Shown: piece after piece, positions 15,897 through 25,787 of the stretch
Layout: each line of letters opens with the position of its first letter
How positions within the stretch are numbered: position 1 is the first letter of the stretch
Origin: an uncultured Clostridium sp.
GTDB lineage: Bacteria > Bacillota > Clostridia > TANB77 > CAG-508
Length of the DNA: 54,139 bases
Direction: 5' to 3'
Assembly: GCA_946497905.1 (NCBI GenBank)
Contig: CAMMMI010000001.1
Location: 1 to 54,139, forward strand
Position numbers and translations under genes: made by a program
The notes under the pieces: generated by a model
Seen by the model: only the letters and a program-made list of their open reading frames with translations
What the model was told of the DNA's origin: nothing
Database searches by the model: none

Positions 15897-15949
15897 AAAA
15901 ATGTCGAATTGCTAGAAAATAGGTAATTCTCAAAAGTAAATTCTCCTCA

Positions 15950-16017
15950 CCTCGACCAGAAAAAGGAGCTTTTTACAAGCTCCTTAAATTGTTTTTAGGC
16001 TATTTTAAGCCTTTTTT
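15950..16017 (+). repeat. Inter-copy junction = reconstituted attP (hairpin allele B)
   Basis: CCTCGACCAGAAAAAG ... AGGAGC-N9-GCTCCT ... GGCTATTTTAAGCCTTTTTT, flanked by element sequence on both sides. Confidence 0.75.
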
Positions 16018-16061
16018 CTTTTCTCAAACTTTTTCAAAATTTCTCTATATTTGTGTTACTG

Positions 16062-16112
16062 CATTCAAAATTACATTCAGATTTCTACAATTGAATGTAA
16101 TAATTGCATTCA
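16062..16112. promoter_or_regulatory. Arm-type sites, P' arm, copy 2
   Basis: Identical to 6438-6488 (+9624). Confidence 0.45.
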
Positions 16113-16152
16113 AATTTTATAAGCATATAAATATTTTTTAATTATTTAAAAT

Positions 16153-16177
16153 TAGGAAAGTACAATGTACCTTCCTA
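16153..16177 (-). terminator. Terminator of the leftward operon, copy 2
   Basis: Identical to 6529-6553 (+9624). Confidence 0.55.
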
Positions 16178-16203
16178 ATCGAAAAAACAGTAGATTAAAT
16201 GTG

Positions 16204-18027
16204 TTAAATCTCTTTTACTAAATTAAATTCTCCAGCCTTTGCAAACTGTAAGTTTCTAAATGTGTACTCATTAGCAAGTTTACTTTTGAATCCATCAATG
16301 TTTTGGTGAGTTGAAATAATTACAATTCGTTTTTTATCCGAGTTAGCATACCTCACAATGTACTCCAAAATTTTTTCTGCATCAGCAGAATCAGATTCCG
16401 TCTTATCATCAAGACCTGATGTACATTCATCCAAAACAATAACATCAATTTCATCATCTAACCAGTATAGCATCTTTGCAAGAATAAGTCTCTGTTTCTG
16501 TCCATTTGAAAGCGACTGCTCAAATTGTTTTTCTTTCATCCATTTCCATACATCAAAGCAATTAGATTTTATTTCACACCACAAATGGAGATTCTCTAAA
16601 ATCTTTTGCATTTTTGCAAGATCTGGATTCTCATTACAACAGAACAGCTCTTCAAAAATACTCAAACTACCAAACTTCAACTTTTCATCATAGAACAAAA
16701 ATCGTGATGTCGAGGGTATCTCTGTACTCTTTTCCAATCTGATTCTTTCGGTTAACATCTTCATAAATGTCGATTTACCACTACCAGATGGTCCGTACAG
16801 AATAACAACCTCTCCGTTATTAATGTGTATCTGCTTTTTTGAAATTAATGTGAAAGGTTTATCGTTCTCGGATTCCTCCAAATACTGAATCGAGAATGGA
16901 TTTATTCTTATATTGTCAACAATTTTAGGTATAGAAACCTTTGCAGATTCATTATGATACACATCTAAAATTAATGACATATCCTTTTCTTCTTTTTCCA
17001 GTATGATTAACCTTTCATTGTGATTGTTCAAAGTTTCAGCAATTCTGCTAATCTGTCCTAATGCTGTTTCAACAATCAGAAGTGTTGCAGTAATTTCTGT
17101 TATAGTAGCTAAATTGATACTACTCCACTCGACTCCTAACAGATAGAATATTATAATTCCATACTGACTAAGTGCTTCCATTATTGTTACAAATAATCTC
17201 GACAAATTCATCTTCTTGTGGAACTTTGTAACATTCTCATTGCTCGCAATAACAGTCTTTTGAAATTTATTGATTCTCATATCCAAGTCATCTTTGACAA
17301 TTACAGGAACACGAAGTAAATCATTTACTATCAAAGACTGTTCGTTGTTATACTCTCTGTGTTTCTTATAATATGCTTCTCTATTCAAACTAATATATGC
17401 TGAACTAAAGAAAGAAATAAGCACAAATATGAAAATCAGAGGAATAAAAACAACTTGTGAAATAGATGTGTTGGTTATTATGGCTACAGCTAGCATAATT
17501 ATTACACTAATCATTTCAAATACATCAAATGTATGTTGAATTTTCTGTCGCCACAGATTTTGCAAATAGTTCTTAATAGTATTTAACACCGATTCATTGC
17601 TCATTACTTTATACAATTTATTTGATGTGTTATACTTCAAAACCTTATTTGCTGTCTTGCCGATGATTTGACTACCTCTGAATACAATTTCATCCTCAAA
17701 AATGAGTTCAAATTTCTTGTTTTCAGAGCTTTCAAAAAGATAAAATGCTTCCCTTACAACTTGCTGCCCACGATATAACATAAATAATATGATTCCAAGC
17801 AAAATCAACCTGTACTCAATCATCATGTTTGTCGCTTTAAGCATAAATGCAAAAACAAGGGCGATTACGGTCATTCCCAGATTCATGAAACCCACTTTAA
17901 ATCCCATCCGCTTTACACTTTCAGGAATAATGAGCATCTCATCTGATAAACCATATGGCTTGAAGAACTTAATAATGAGATTTATCACCTCCCGAATTAA
18001 ATTTTTCAATTTTTCCTGTCCTTTCAT
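16204..18027 (-). CDS. TMD-fused ABC ATPase, copy 2
   Basis: Translation identical to 6580-8403. Confidence 0.8.
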   Translation of the reverse strand: MKGQEKLKNLIREVINLIIKFFKPYGLSDEMLIIPESVKRMGFKVGFMNLGMTVIALVFAFMLKATNMMIEYRLILLGIILFMLYRGQQVVREAFYLFESSENKKFELIFEDEIVFRGSQIIGKTANKVLKYNTSNKLYKVMSNESVLNTIKNYLQNLWRQKIQHTFDVFEMISVIIMLAVAIITNTSISQVVFIPLIFIFVLISFFSSAYISLNREAYYKKHREYNNEQSLIVNDLLRVPVIVKDDLDMRINKFQKTVIASNENVTKFHKKMNLSRLFVTIMEALSQYGIIIFYLLGVEWSSINLATITEITATLLIVETALGQISRIAETLNNHNERLIILEKEEKDMSLILDVYHNESAKVSIPKIVDNIRINPFSIQYLEESENDKPFTLISKKQIHINNGEVVILYGPSGSGKSTFMKMLTERIRLEKSTEIPSTSRFLFYDEKLKFGSLSIFEELFCCNENPDLAKMQKILENLHLWCEIKSNCFDVWKWMKEKQFEQSLSNGQKQRLILAKMLYWLDDEIDVIVLDECTSGLDDKTESDSADAEKILEYIVRYANSDKKRIVIISTHQNIDGFKSKLANEYTFRNLQFAKAGEFNLVKEI

Positions 18028-18178
18028 GTGCTTTTCCTCCTTAATTATATGTGATAGAAAAAATTTTTTACAAAGGTATGTACCTCATACTTTTATTATA
18101 GCATATTTACATAATATTTTCTATAATTATCCAAAAAATACAACAATTGGGTTCATCTCAAAGTCATTATATTTTTAT

Positions 18179-19414
18179 TTACATTTCTTCCTCTTCATCA
18201 AACCAATCAAAACCACTAGAATTAGCTTTTTTAATTGCATATTCTTTCATAGCTTGTTTTGATAAAGTTCTATATCTTCTAATTCTTATTTTAGGTCTAT
18301 GATTTATTTGTGAGTTAGAAACCATATTGCTGATAGCAATAATCCCACCAAGAATGTTATTAACCCTGTTTTCCATTTTATTTTGGAAATCTTGCTTTTC
18401 TGTTCCTCTTCCGTTTTTTTCAATTCTTGTTTCAAGTTGTAAAATTGATTTTTCACTTCTTGTGCCACTAATTTTTGCATTTCCTTGTTCATCTGTATAT
18501 TGTCCTTTAATAATCTTTCTAGTGTATCTTGTACTTTCTTTTTCATAATTGTTATATCTTCTACTATTGCTTGTTCCATTTGATATAAATCCTTTATTAT
18601 CTCTGGCTCTATTAGATAATAATCCATCTTTACTATTGATGGAACTACTTGATTTTCTTGTATTATTTGATTGTTCTTTTTCAATTCTTCTAAATTCATT
18701 TTCCATTGCTCCTTTTGAATATTTTTTATCATATAATTTATTATCTCTACACTTATATCCTTCAGGCGTTGTATATGTAATGTATTTTCTTGTATCTGTC
18801 CAATTAACTTGATAACCTAACTTATTCATTAATTTTATAAATTGCTCTTTGTTACTACTTTCTGCCAGTGATAAATCAATTGCATTTATTAACTTAAATT
18901 TCCAACTCTTACCCTGTTCAGCAACTCTATATTCATTTCTTTTTATGTATTGTGTATTTTCTTTTTTAGGTATAACTGAAGCTCTTATCTCTAAGCACAA
19001 CTTGTCTGAATAATCTTTTAAATCTTGTAAATCCTTTTTACTCATTTGAATTTTATATCCATTTTCAAATGAAACTGAATTTACAACTAAATGATTATGC
19101 AAATGTTTTTTATCAATATGTGTTGCAACTAATACCTGGTATCCATTGAATTTTTCTGCTAATCTAATACCGGTATTATGAACTTGTTCTGCAGATAAAT
19201 TATCTTTTGGGGCAAATGATTGAATAATATGAATATACTGTCTGCCATTATTCTTGTTATATAATTCTTTTGTATATAACATTTCTTCTAAACTACTTTC
19301 AGCTAAACAATCTTTTCCTGTTATCAAATTAGCATTTGTTTTCTTGTCTTGTGTAACATAGTTTATAATTGTTTTTAAGTTTGCTTTTGAACTAATTGCT
19401 TCAATAATTGCCAT
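18179..19414 (-). CDS. MOBQ-like relaxase, copy 2
   Basis: Translation identical to 8555-9790. Confidence 0.85.
   Translation of the reverse strand: MAIIEAISSKANLKTIINYVTQDKKTNANLITGKDCLAESSLEEMLYTKELYNKNNGRQYIHIIQSFAPKDNLSAEQVHNTGIRLAEKFNGYQVLVATHIDKKHLHNHLVVNSVSFENGYKIQMSKKDLQDLKDYSDKLCLEIRASVIPKKENTQYIKRNEYRVAEQGKSWKFKLINAIDLSLAESSNKEQFIKLMNKLGYQVNWTDTRKYITYTTPEGYKCRDNKLYDKKYSKGAMENEFRRIEKEQSNNTRKSSSSINSKDGLLSNRARDNKGFISNGTSNSRRYNNYEKESTRYTRKIIKGQYTDEQGNAKISGTRSEKSILQLETRIEKNGRGTEKQDFQNKMENRVNNILGGIIAISNMVSNSQINHRPKIRIRRYRTLSKQAMKEYAIKKANSSGFDWFDEEEEM
18304..18699 (-). CDS. Nested MobB-like ORF, copy 2
   Basis: Identical to 8680-9075 (+9624). Confidence 0.45.
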   Translation of the reverse strand: MNLEELKKNNQIIQENQVVPSIVKMDYYLIEPEIIKDLYQMEQAIVEDITIMKKKVQDTLERLLKDNIQMNKEMQKLVAQEVKNQFYNLKQELKKTEEEQKSKISKIKWKTGLITFLVGLLLSAIWFLTHK

Positions 19415-19602
19415 ATATTATTCACTTCCATTCGCAGTTCTTTCAAGTCAACTACTGTAATTATTTTTTCATTTGCAAGTCTTGTTAATTGATTAATATT
19501 ATTTCCTATTCTTCGAAGCTCACTATCTACTTTATCTAGTCCTTTTACTATAATAATTTTATCTTTTAAACACGAACTTACAATAAATTTTGTAATTGTC
19601 AT
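19375..19602 (-). CDS. mobC: MobC-family protein, copy 2
   Basis: Translation identical to 9751-9978. Confidence 0.75.
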   Translation of the reverse strand: MTITKFIVSSCLKDKIIIVKGLDKVDSELRRIGNNINQLTRLANEKIITVVDLKELRMEVNNIWQLLKQLVQKQT

Positions 19603-19738
19603 ATTACATTTCTTTGCTTTTGATTCAATTATGCTTTTTCTTTTTCAGTTAATCGTATATTTATTTTCTTATCTTTGGGCATTCTATTCCTCCTCGTTTT
19701 CCCTAAAACAAATTAAAGGGGTTTGGGTTCTCCCAAGT

Positions 19739-19787
19739 TTGCAAGCTCTATTTGTAGTACTTGTACTTACAAATAGGAAGCTTGCAA
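19739..19787. promoter_or_regulatory. Candidate oriT inverted repeat, copy 2
   Basis: Identical to 10115-10163 (+9624). Confidence 0.45.
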
Positions 19788-19804
19788 TACTATATATTTG
19801 GTAT

Positions 19805-20983
19805 TTAATTACTGTTATTCACAAAATTTAATTGGTTATTATTTAAATAAGTATTTACCTTTTCAAGTTCATTTTCTTTAAATTTATTAAACACAGATGT
19901 GTATGTATTTAAAGTTACAGTTACATCTTTGTGTCCCATTAATCTTTGCAAAACGACTGCTGTCATTCCTGCTTCAATACATCTTGTTCCATAAGTATGT
20001 CTTAAACAATGGGTACTAATATTTTTTGAATCTACATTTAATTCTTCTTTGAAAATTCTTTTTAGTTCTTTATTAATTGCAGATGTTCTTATATAACTAT
20101 CATTATTTGTAAATATTAAATTGTGTAAATTTTCATTTGTATATTTTAATTGTTCCTCAAAAATTGGAACTAAAAAATCTGGTATAGGTAAAGTTCTATT
20201 ACCTGAATACGTTTTTGTCTTATTTCCTAAAATAATGGCAAATTCTTTGTCATTTGTTAGTGTTCTCTTAACATATAAAAGTTTATTTTCTAAATCAATA
20301 TTTTCTTTGCTTAATGCAAGTACTTCGCCTATTCTTAATCCCATATACATTTGTAGTAAAAATATATTTTTATATGGTTCGTTTTCTATTGAAACTTTAT
20401 TCAAATATTGTGTAAATTCTTTTTGCACATTGATATTTAATGCTTCAACCACTTTTGTTTGTTTATTACTTTTAGGTTTTATAACTTCATACATTGGGTT
20501 ATATGAAATGTATTTTTTTATTTCTGCTCTACGATATGCTTGTACAAATTGTTCATAAATTTTCTTGATATACGAATCACTTAAATCTTTAATAGAATTT
20601 AAAAATTCTTGAATATCATCTTTGGTTATATCCTGTATTTTCATATTTCCAATATTGCTATTTTTAATTTTATTGATAGTCCATTTTAATCTAGCATATT
20701 GACCACCTGAAATTGTATTAGATGCCAATTTTTCTTCTCTTATATCTTCCATAATTTTTACTAATTTAATTCCATTTTTTTCTATATACATGTCATTATT
20801 CATTTTATATTTAATCTCATTTAATTTATTTATGACCTCTTTTTGAGTCTTTCCATATACTGATTTTCTAATGACTTTTCCATCTACAGATGTTCCATAT
20901 ATATATTGACCAATCCATCTTTTATTTTTCTTATCTTCAAATATTGTGCCTTCGCCATTTCCTCTTCTTCTTTTTCTCTTCAT
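19805..20983 (-). CDS. int: Tyrosine integrase, copy 2
   Basis: Translation identical to 10181-11359. Confidence 0.9.
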   Translation of the reverse strand: MKRKRRRGNGEGTIFEDKKNKRWIGQYIYGTSVDGKVIRKSVYGKTQKEVINKLNEIKYKMNNDMYIEKNGIKLVKIMEDIREEKLASNTISGGQYARLKWTINKIKNSNIGNMKIQDITKDDIQEFLNSIKDLSDSYIKKIYEQFVQAYRRAEIKKYISYNPMYEVIKPKSNKQTKVVEALNINVQKEFTQYLNKVSIENEPYKNIFLLQMYMGLRIGEVLALSKENIDLENKLLYVKRTLTNDKEFAIILGNKTKTYSGNRTLPIPDFLVPIFEEQLKYTNENLHNLIFTNNDSYIRTSAINKELKRIFKEELNVDSKNISTHCLRHTYGTRCIEAGMTAVVLQRLMGHKDVTVTLNTYTSVFNKFKENELEKVNTYLNNNQLNFVNNSN

Positions 20984-20995
20984 AATTTTGACCTC

Positions 20996-21799
20996 CTATT
21001 TTGCAAGTTCATTAACCAAACTTGAAATATAATATTCTATTATGTTTTCGATATTTTTATTTTTTAAGATATTACCAAATACTTTTTCTAGTATAGGTAA
21101 AGTTACTTTTTCCAATAATTCTCCCTGTTTATTATCGTATAACCTTTTTACTGCCAATTGATATAGTTTTATTTGAGTTAGTACACTTTTTGGTAAGTAC
21201 TCTGAGTTTTCAAAATATATTTTCTTTTGTTTAAAAATTACATTATATTTTGCTGTTTCTTTTTGAACTAAATTTGTTTTATTTAATTTTAAATTAATTA
21301 AATCTAATCCATCATTCAATCCATTATTTTCTATATCTTCATCTATCTCTATATCTAACTCTTTATCTATATCTATCTCTTGTGGACTATTTGGTAGACA
21401 TTGTCCACTTAATAATTTCTGCTTTTCTCTTTGTTCTCTTTTTTGTTTTGCCCAACCAGTTTCACTACCTACCATATTTTCAAATCCAGCTATTTTTAAA
21501 CAAATTCCATCATCTGTATAAATTAAATTTAGTTTTTTAAATAGTTCCATAGCAACTATAACAGTATCTTTACTAAAATATTTAGTATCTCTTACTATTT
21601 TTTCTGGATCATAGGGAATAATCATTTCTCCAACTCGTGATGCTAATTCTCCATTATTATTAGCAGTTTGTAGGCATAGCATTTGATACAAAACGATATA
21701 CTGACAACCATCTTTTTGTGATAATAAGAAATCTATTTCGGCTAAATTAAAGAAATCAGTTTTTAATTTTATCCAATAATATCTTTTTGTTTTTTCCAT
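20996..21799 (-). CDS. Replisome-organizer-domain protein, copy 2
   Basis: Translation identical to 11372-12175. Confidence 0.7.
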   Translation of the reverse strand: MEKTKRYYWIKLKTDFFNLAEIDFLLSQKDGCQYIVLYQMLCLQTANNNGELASRVGEMIIPYDPEKIVRDTKYFSKDTVIVAMELFKKLNLIYTDDGICLKIAGFENMVGSETGWAKQKREQREKQKLLSGQCLPNSPQEIDIDKELDIEIDEDIENNGLNDGLDLINLKLNKTNLVQKETAKYNVIFKQKKIYFENSEYLPKSVLTQIKLYQLAVKRLYDNKQGELLEKVTLPILEKVFGNILKNKNIENIIEYYISSLVNELAK

Positions 21800-21958
21800 A
21801 ATTTACTCACTTTCCAGTATTTCTACTTAATTTTCTATTGTTAAAAATAAGGAAAAATGATATACTATTTATATAAAGATTGCGAATATCTTTATGTGGC
21901 ATTTGTGCAAAAGTCTGCTCGACAAAGTGTACTTTTGTATAAATGCTTTTTAAATTTT

Positions 21959-22204
21959 TCATATAACATCAATCCTTTTTTCCATCTTCCACAGAATATA
22001 AGCAATTTTTTGTATTTTTCTTGTTTTGCCAATATTCACAGATGGAAAATCTGCACGATTAAATATTTCGTTTGTTTTGTTTTCTCCCATATACAAATCT
22101 TTTGCTACATCTTTTACAGTTAGCATTTTAAATGGGTCATCTAAGCTCTTTATAGCTTGTTTTACTAATTCTTTCTTAAGTTCTTCACTAAAATTTTCAT
22201 TCAT
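21959..22204 (-). CDS. Excisionase-family HTH protein, copy 2
   Basis: Translation identical to 12335-12580. Confidence 0.65.
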   Translation of the reverse strand: MNENFSEELKKELVKQAIKSLDDPFKMLTVKDVAKDLYMGENKTNEIFNRADFPSVNIGKTRKIQKIAYILWKMEKRIDVI

Positions 22205-22232
22205 AATTTTGTCCTCCTTTGAAATTTCTATA

Positions 22233-22463
22233 ATCCATTTTGGATACTTAATAAGTAAAAAAATAAATCTTATTCATATTTTTATTTTTATAGCATACCT
22301 CCTTTCAAATTTATCTGTATCCGTTTTGGATATTTATATAATAATCCAAAATGGATATATTGTCAATACCTTTTTCAAAATTTTTTAAACTTTCTAAAAC
22401 TTTTATATAAAAAATATTTAATTTTCAACGATTATTGACTTTCCAAAATGGATATGATAAAAT
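22233..22463. promoter_or_regulatory. Divergent promoter/operator switch, copy 2
   Basis: Identical to 12609-12839 (+9624). Confidence 0.65.
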
Positions 22464-22493
22464 TTAAACATAAATTGAGAAGGAGAAAAAATT

Positions 22494-23243
22494 ATGACAA
22501 ATGGCGAAAGAATAAAGTATTTAAGAGAAAAAAATGGATTTACTCAAAAAGATATTGCTACAAGATTAGGAGTAGAACCTGCAGCAATATCAAAATATGA
22601 ATTAGATATGAGAGAGCCAAATATAGAAGCAATAAAAAAACTAGCTACAATTTTTAATGTTTCAATAGATTATTTACTTGGAAGAACACCAGATGTTTTT
22701 GTAGATGAAACAAATAGAGATACACTTGATATATCTGCTATTAAAGACAAATATAACTTTACAAAAAAGAGAATGGATAAAGTAAAAGAAATCTATAAAA
22801 ATGATACTACACTAAGCACAGCAATAAACGAATTATGTTGTGGTGTAGGAAAAACTACTTTTGGACAAACTATAACAAATACAAATATTTCAATGCTAGA
22901 AATAGAAAGCATGTTTAATGATTTTGAAAACAGCAAAGATCCTAAACCACAAATTATAATGAAAGTTAAAAATTTAGAAAATAGTATTATAATTGTTGAG
23001 ATTGATTCTTTTGATGATGAAGAAATGCCACTTGATGCAACTGATAGAATTGCTTTATATACTACAAAATTATCACAAAAATATAATGTGCTTGGTTTAG
23101 TAATGACAATTGATAAAGATGAAAATTGTAAAATTATAGATGCTATATATCAAAAAAATAAAGATACTTATTATACTCAATTACATTTGCCTAAAACAGT
23201 ATTAACTGCTGGAGAGTATATTGATATAATGAGTAGATTATAG
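22494..23243 (+). CDS. XRE-family regulator with unknown C-terminal domain, copy 2
   Basis: Translation identical to 12870-13619. Confidence 0.8.
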   Translation: MTNGERIKYLREKNGFTQKDIATRLGVEPAAISKYELDMREPNIEAIKKLATIFNVSIDYLLGRTPDVFVDETNRDTLDISAIKDKYNFTKKRMDKVKEIYKNDTTLSTAINELCCGVGKTTFGQTITNTNISMLEIESMFNDFENSKDPKPQIIMKVKNLENSIIIVEIDSFDDEEMPLDATDRIALYTTKLSQKYNVLGLVMTIDKDENCKIIDAIYQKNKDTYYTQLHLPKTVLTAGEYIDIMSRL

Positions 23244-23259
23244 GAAGGAGTAAATCTTA

Positions 23260-24936
23260 ATGGAAGATTCAGAACTTAAACAAATATTATTTTCATTATT
23301 AAAAAATGATGAAAATGAGTGTATAGAATATAAAGAAGCAAATAATAGTTTTGATTTTGAAAAACTCGGAAAATATTTTTCTGCATTGAGTAATGCTGCT
23401 AACTTGGTTGGAAAGCAATATTCATGGTTAATCTTTGGAATTAAAGATAAAACTCACGAGTTTGTTAATACTAAATATAGAAACAATGGAAATTTGAATA
23501 AGTTAAAAAAAGAAATTACAAAAGGAACTAACGATGGAATTACTTTTTTGGATATTTTTGAATTATTTGTAGAAGATAATAAAAGAGTAATAATGTTTAA
23601 AATACCAGCAGCTATGGGAATTCCCACAACATGGAGAGGATTTGCTTATGATAGAAATGATGAGGATTTAGTCCCTTTAAATCAAATGAAATCTGATCAA
23701 ATTAAGTCAACAATGAATTTCGATTGGTCAAGACAGATTATAGAAAGTTTGACAGTAGATGATTTAGACAAAGAAGCCATTTTAAAAGCAAGAGAACAAT
23801 TTAAAAAGAAAAATGAAGATAAAGAAATTGCTAAAGAAGTGGATAATATGGATGATATTACATTTCTAAATAAAGCGAAGGTTTTATTAAATGGTAAAGT
23901 GACTCGTACAGCTTTACTATTACTTGGAAAAGAAGAAAATAGTTATTTGTTTGAAGATTTTATTCCGCAAATAACGTGGAAATTACAAGAGAATGGAGAA
24001 ATTTTAGATTATGAACACTTTACAATTCCATTTTTAGTAAATGTTGAAAAAGCAAAAAATAAAATTAGAAATTTAAGATATAGATATATGGTTAATGAAA
24101 TAACATTATTTCCCAACGAAGTGGATCAATATGATAATTATACTTTAAGAGAGTTATTAAACAATGCAATCGCTCATCAAGATTACAGAAAACATGGTAG
24201 AATAAATATATTAGAAATGAAAGAAAAATTAATTTTTATAAATGAAGGAAGTTTTATTCCTCAAAATGTTGACAAATTTTTACTAGATGAAAGTTATGTT
24301 CCTCCATATTATAGAAATCCGTTTTTAGCAAATGCTATGGTTAATTTAAATATGATTGATACTGCTGGAAGTGGCATAAGAAGAGTATTTAATAATCAAA
24401 AGCAAAAATTCTTTCCTATGCCAGACTATGATTTATCAGTAGAGGGAAGAGTAAAAGTAACTTTGTATGGAAAAATATTAGATGAAAAATATACAAAAAT
24501 GCTTTTTGAAAAAACTGATTTAGATATTGGTATTGTAATGCTTTTAGATAGAGTTCAAAAAGGAATACATATAGCAAAGCAGGAGTCTGATTTATTAAAA
24601 AAAGAAAAATTAGTAGAAGGAAGATATCCAAACTTATATATTTCTAAAGAAATTTCAGAAATAACAGATGAAAAAGCAAAATATATAAAAAATCGTGGAT
24701 TAAGTAATGATATGTATAAACAAATGATAGTAGAATTGATAAAGACATATGGTAAAGCAACAAGAAATGAAATAAATGATTTGTTACTTGATAAAATGCC
24801 AGAATTCTTATCTGAAGATAAGAAAAAAAGAAGGATTAAATATTTATTAATTGAATGTTTGCAAAATAAAGAGAAAAAAATAAAAAATATTGGAAGTCGT
24901 ACAAATTCTATATGGGTTTTAAATAAAGATGATTAA
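23260..24936 (+). CDS. AlbA_2 / HATPase_c_4 protein, copy 2
   Basis: Translation identical to 13636-15312. Confidence 0.7.
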   Translation: MEDSELKQILFSLLKNDENECIEYKEANNSFDFEKLGKYFSALSNAANLVGKQYSWLIFGIKDKTHEFVNTKYRNNGNLNKLKKEITKGTNDGITFLDIFELFVEDNKRVIMFKIPAAMGIPTTWRGFAYDRNDEDLVPLNQMKSDQIKSTMNFDWSRQIIESLTVDDLDKEAILKAREQFKKKNEDKEIAKEVDNMDDITFLNKAKVLLNGKVTRTALLLLGKEENSYLFEDFIPQITWKLQENGEILDYEHFTIPFLVNVEKAKNKIRNLRYRYMVNEITLFPNEVDQYDNYTLRELLNNAIAHQDYRKHGRINILEMKEKLIFINEGSFIPQNVDKFLLDESYVPPYYRNPFLANAMVNLNMIDTAGSGIRRVFNNQKQKFFPMPDYDLSVEGRVKVTLYGKILDEKYTKMLFEKTDLDIGIVMLLDRVQKGIHIAKQESDLLKKEKLVEGRYPNLYISKEISEITDEKAKYIKNRGLSNDMYKQMIVELIKTYGKATRNEINDLLLDKMPEFLSEDKKKRRIKYLLIECLQNKEKKIKNIGSRTNSIWVLNKDD

Positions 24937-24969
24937 ATATTTAAAATTTTCTAATTTTAAAAAATGATT

Positions 24970-25150
24970 GGCCGAAATTCAAAAAAATCCGGCCGAATTC
25001 TAAAAATATTCGGCCGAATTCCGGACAAAAATCAGCCGAAATTCAAAAAAATCCGGCCGAATTCTAAAAATATTCGGCCGAATTCCGGGCGAATATCGGC
25101 CAAAATTCAAAAAAGTCCGGCTGAATTCTAAAAATATTCGGCCGAATTCT
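24970..25150. repeat. GC-rich iteron array, copy 2
   Basis: Identical to 15346-15526 (+9624). Confidence 0.8.
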
Positions 25151-25230
25151 AAGCAGAAATTAATAAATTTAAAATTACAAATTTTGTAAAATCATAAATA
25201 AGCTTATGATATATTTTTCAATATCCACAA

Positions 25231-25422
25231 TTAATTATTTTTAGTAAGTATTTCTTCTTCATATCCATCATCATATACCCAATGTATGTATTTAAAATCT
25301 CCACCAATTCTTGTATATTCATTTCCACCATCAATTGAACATGCCCCACATTTACATTTTTTATAATCGTGAACACTTAAAGATTCAATTATATCATTAC
25401 ATTTTAAGCATCTAATTTTCAT
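25231..25422 (-). CDS. Small zinc-ribbon-like protein, copy 2
   Basis: Translation identical to 15607-15798. Confidence 0.6.
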   Translation of the reverse strand: MKIRCLKCNDIIESLSVHDYKKCKCGACSIDGGNEYTRIGGDFKYIHWVYDDGYEEEILTKNN

Positions 25423-25493
25423 AATTTTTCCACCTCTTATAGCTTTTCTTTAAGACAATTATACAAACATTTAAAAAATTTTTCAATAAAATT

Positions 25494-25520
25494 CATTCAA
25501 CTGCATTCAAACTACATTCA
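25494..25520 (+). promoter_or_regulatory. Arm-type sites, P arm, copy 2
   Basis: Identical to 15870-15896 (+9624). Confidence 0.45.
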
Positions 25521-25573
25521 AAAAATGTCGAATTGCTAGAAAATAGGTAATTCTCAAAAGTAAATTCTCCTCA

Positions 25574-25641
25574 CCTCGACCAGAAAAAGGAGCTTTTTAC
25601 AAGCTCCTTAAATTGTTTTTAGGCTATTTTAAGCCTTTTTT
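25574..25641 (+). repeat. attR (hairpin allele B; sequence leaves the repeat unit at 25642)
   Basis: Identical to 15950-16017. The first mismatch to the unit is at 25642 (a versus c). Confidence 0.75.
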
Positions 25642-25787
25642 ATTTTATCAAACTTTTTAAAAATTTTTTTATATTTGTGTTAATATATTTAATATTACAT
25701 TCAATAAAAAAAGAGGTAAAATCCTCTTTTCAATTTTGTTTTAATTTAATATTTGCAGAGAATGTAATCTTAAAATAATACCTTCAA

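Larger units (their letters stand above)
6326..15949. mobile_element. IME copy 1
   Basis: One repeat unit, measured from the tRNA-end repeat CCTCGACCAG (6326) to the base before the next one (15950). Confidence 0.85.
15950..25573. mobile_element. IME copy 2
   Basis: Identical to copy 1 at offset +9624, except for about 8 substitutions in the first ~50 bp (hairpin allele). Confidence 0.85.
6326..25641. mobile_element. Tandem dimer of a 9,624-bp integrative mobilizable element (IME) integrated at tRNA-Pro
   Basis: Every ORF in 6580-15798 recurs at +9624 with an identical translation. Three copies of a 68-bp att segment lie at 6326, 15950 and 25574. Integrase, Xis-like, MobC and relaxase genes are present; no T4SS or capsid genes. 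Confidence 0.85.

Noticed and set aside
6326-25641. Prophage or PICI-type satellite interpretation of the repeated element
   Set aside because: There are no capsid, terminase, portal or lysis genes. The presence of MobC plus a relaxase and an oriT-like repeat points to an IME, although the replisome-organizer gene and iterons are PICI-like.
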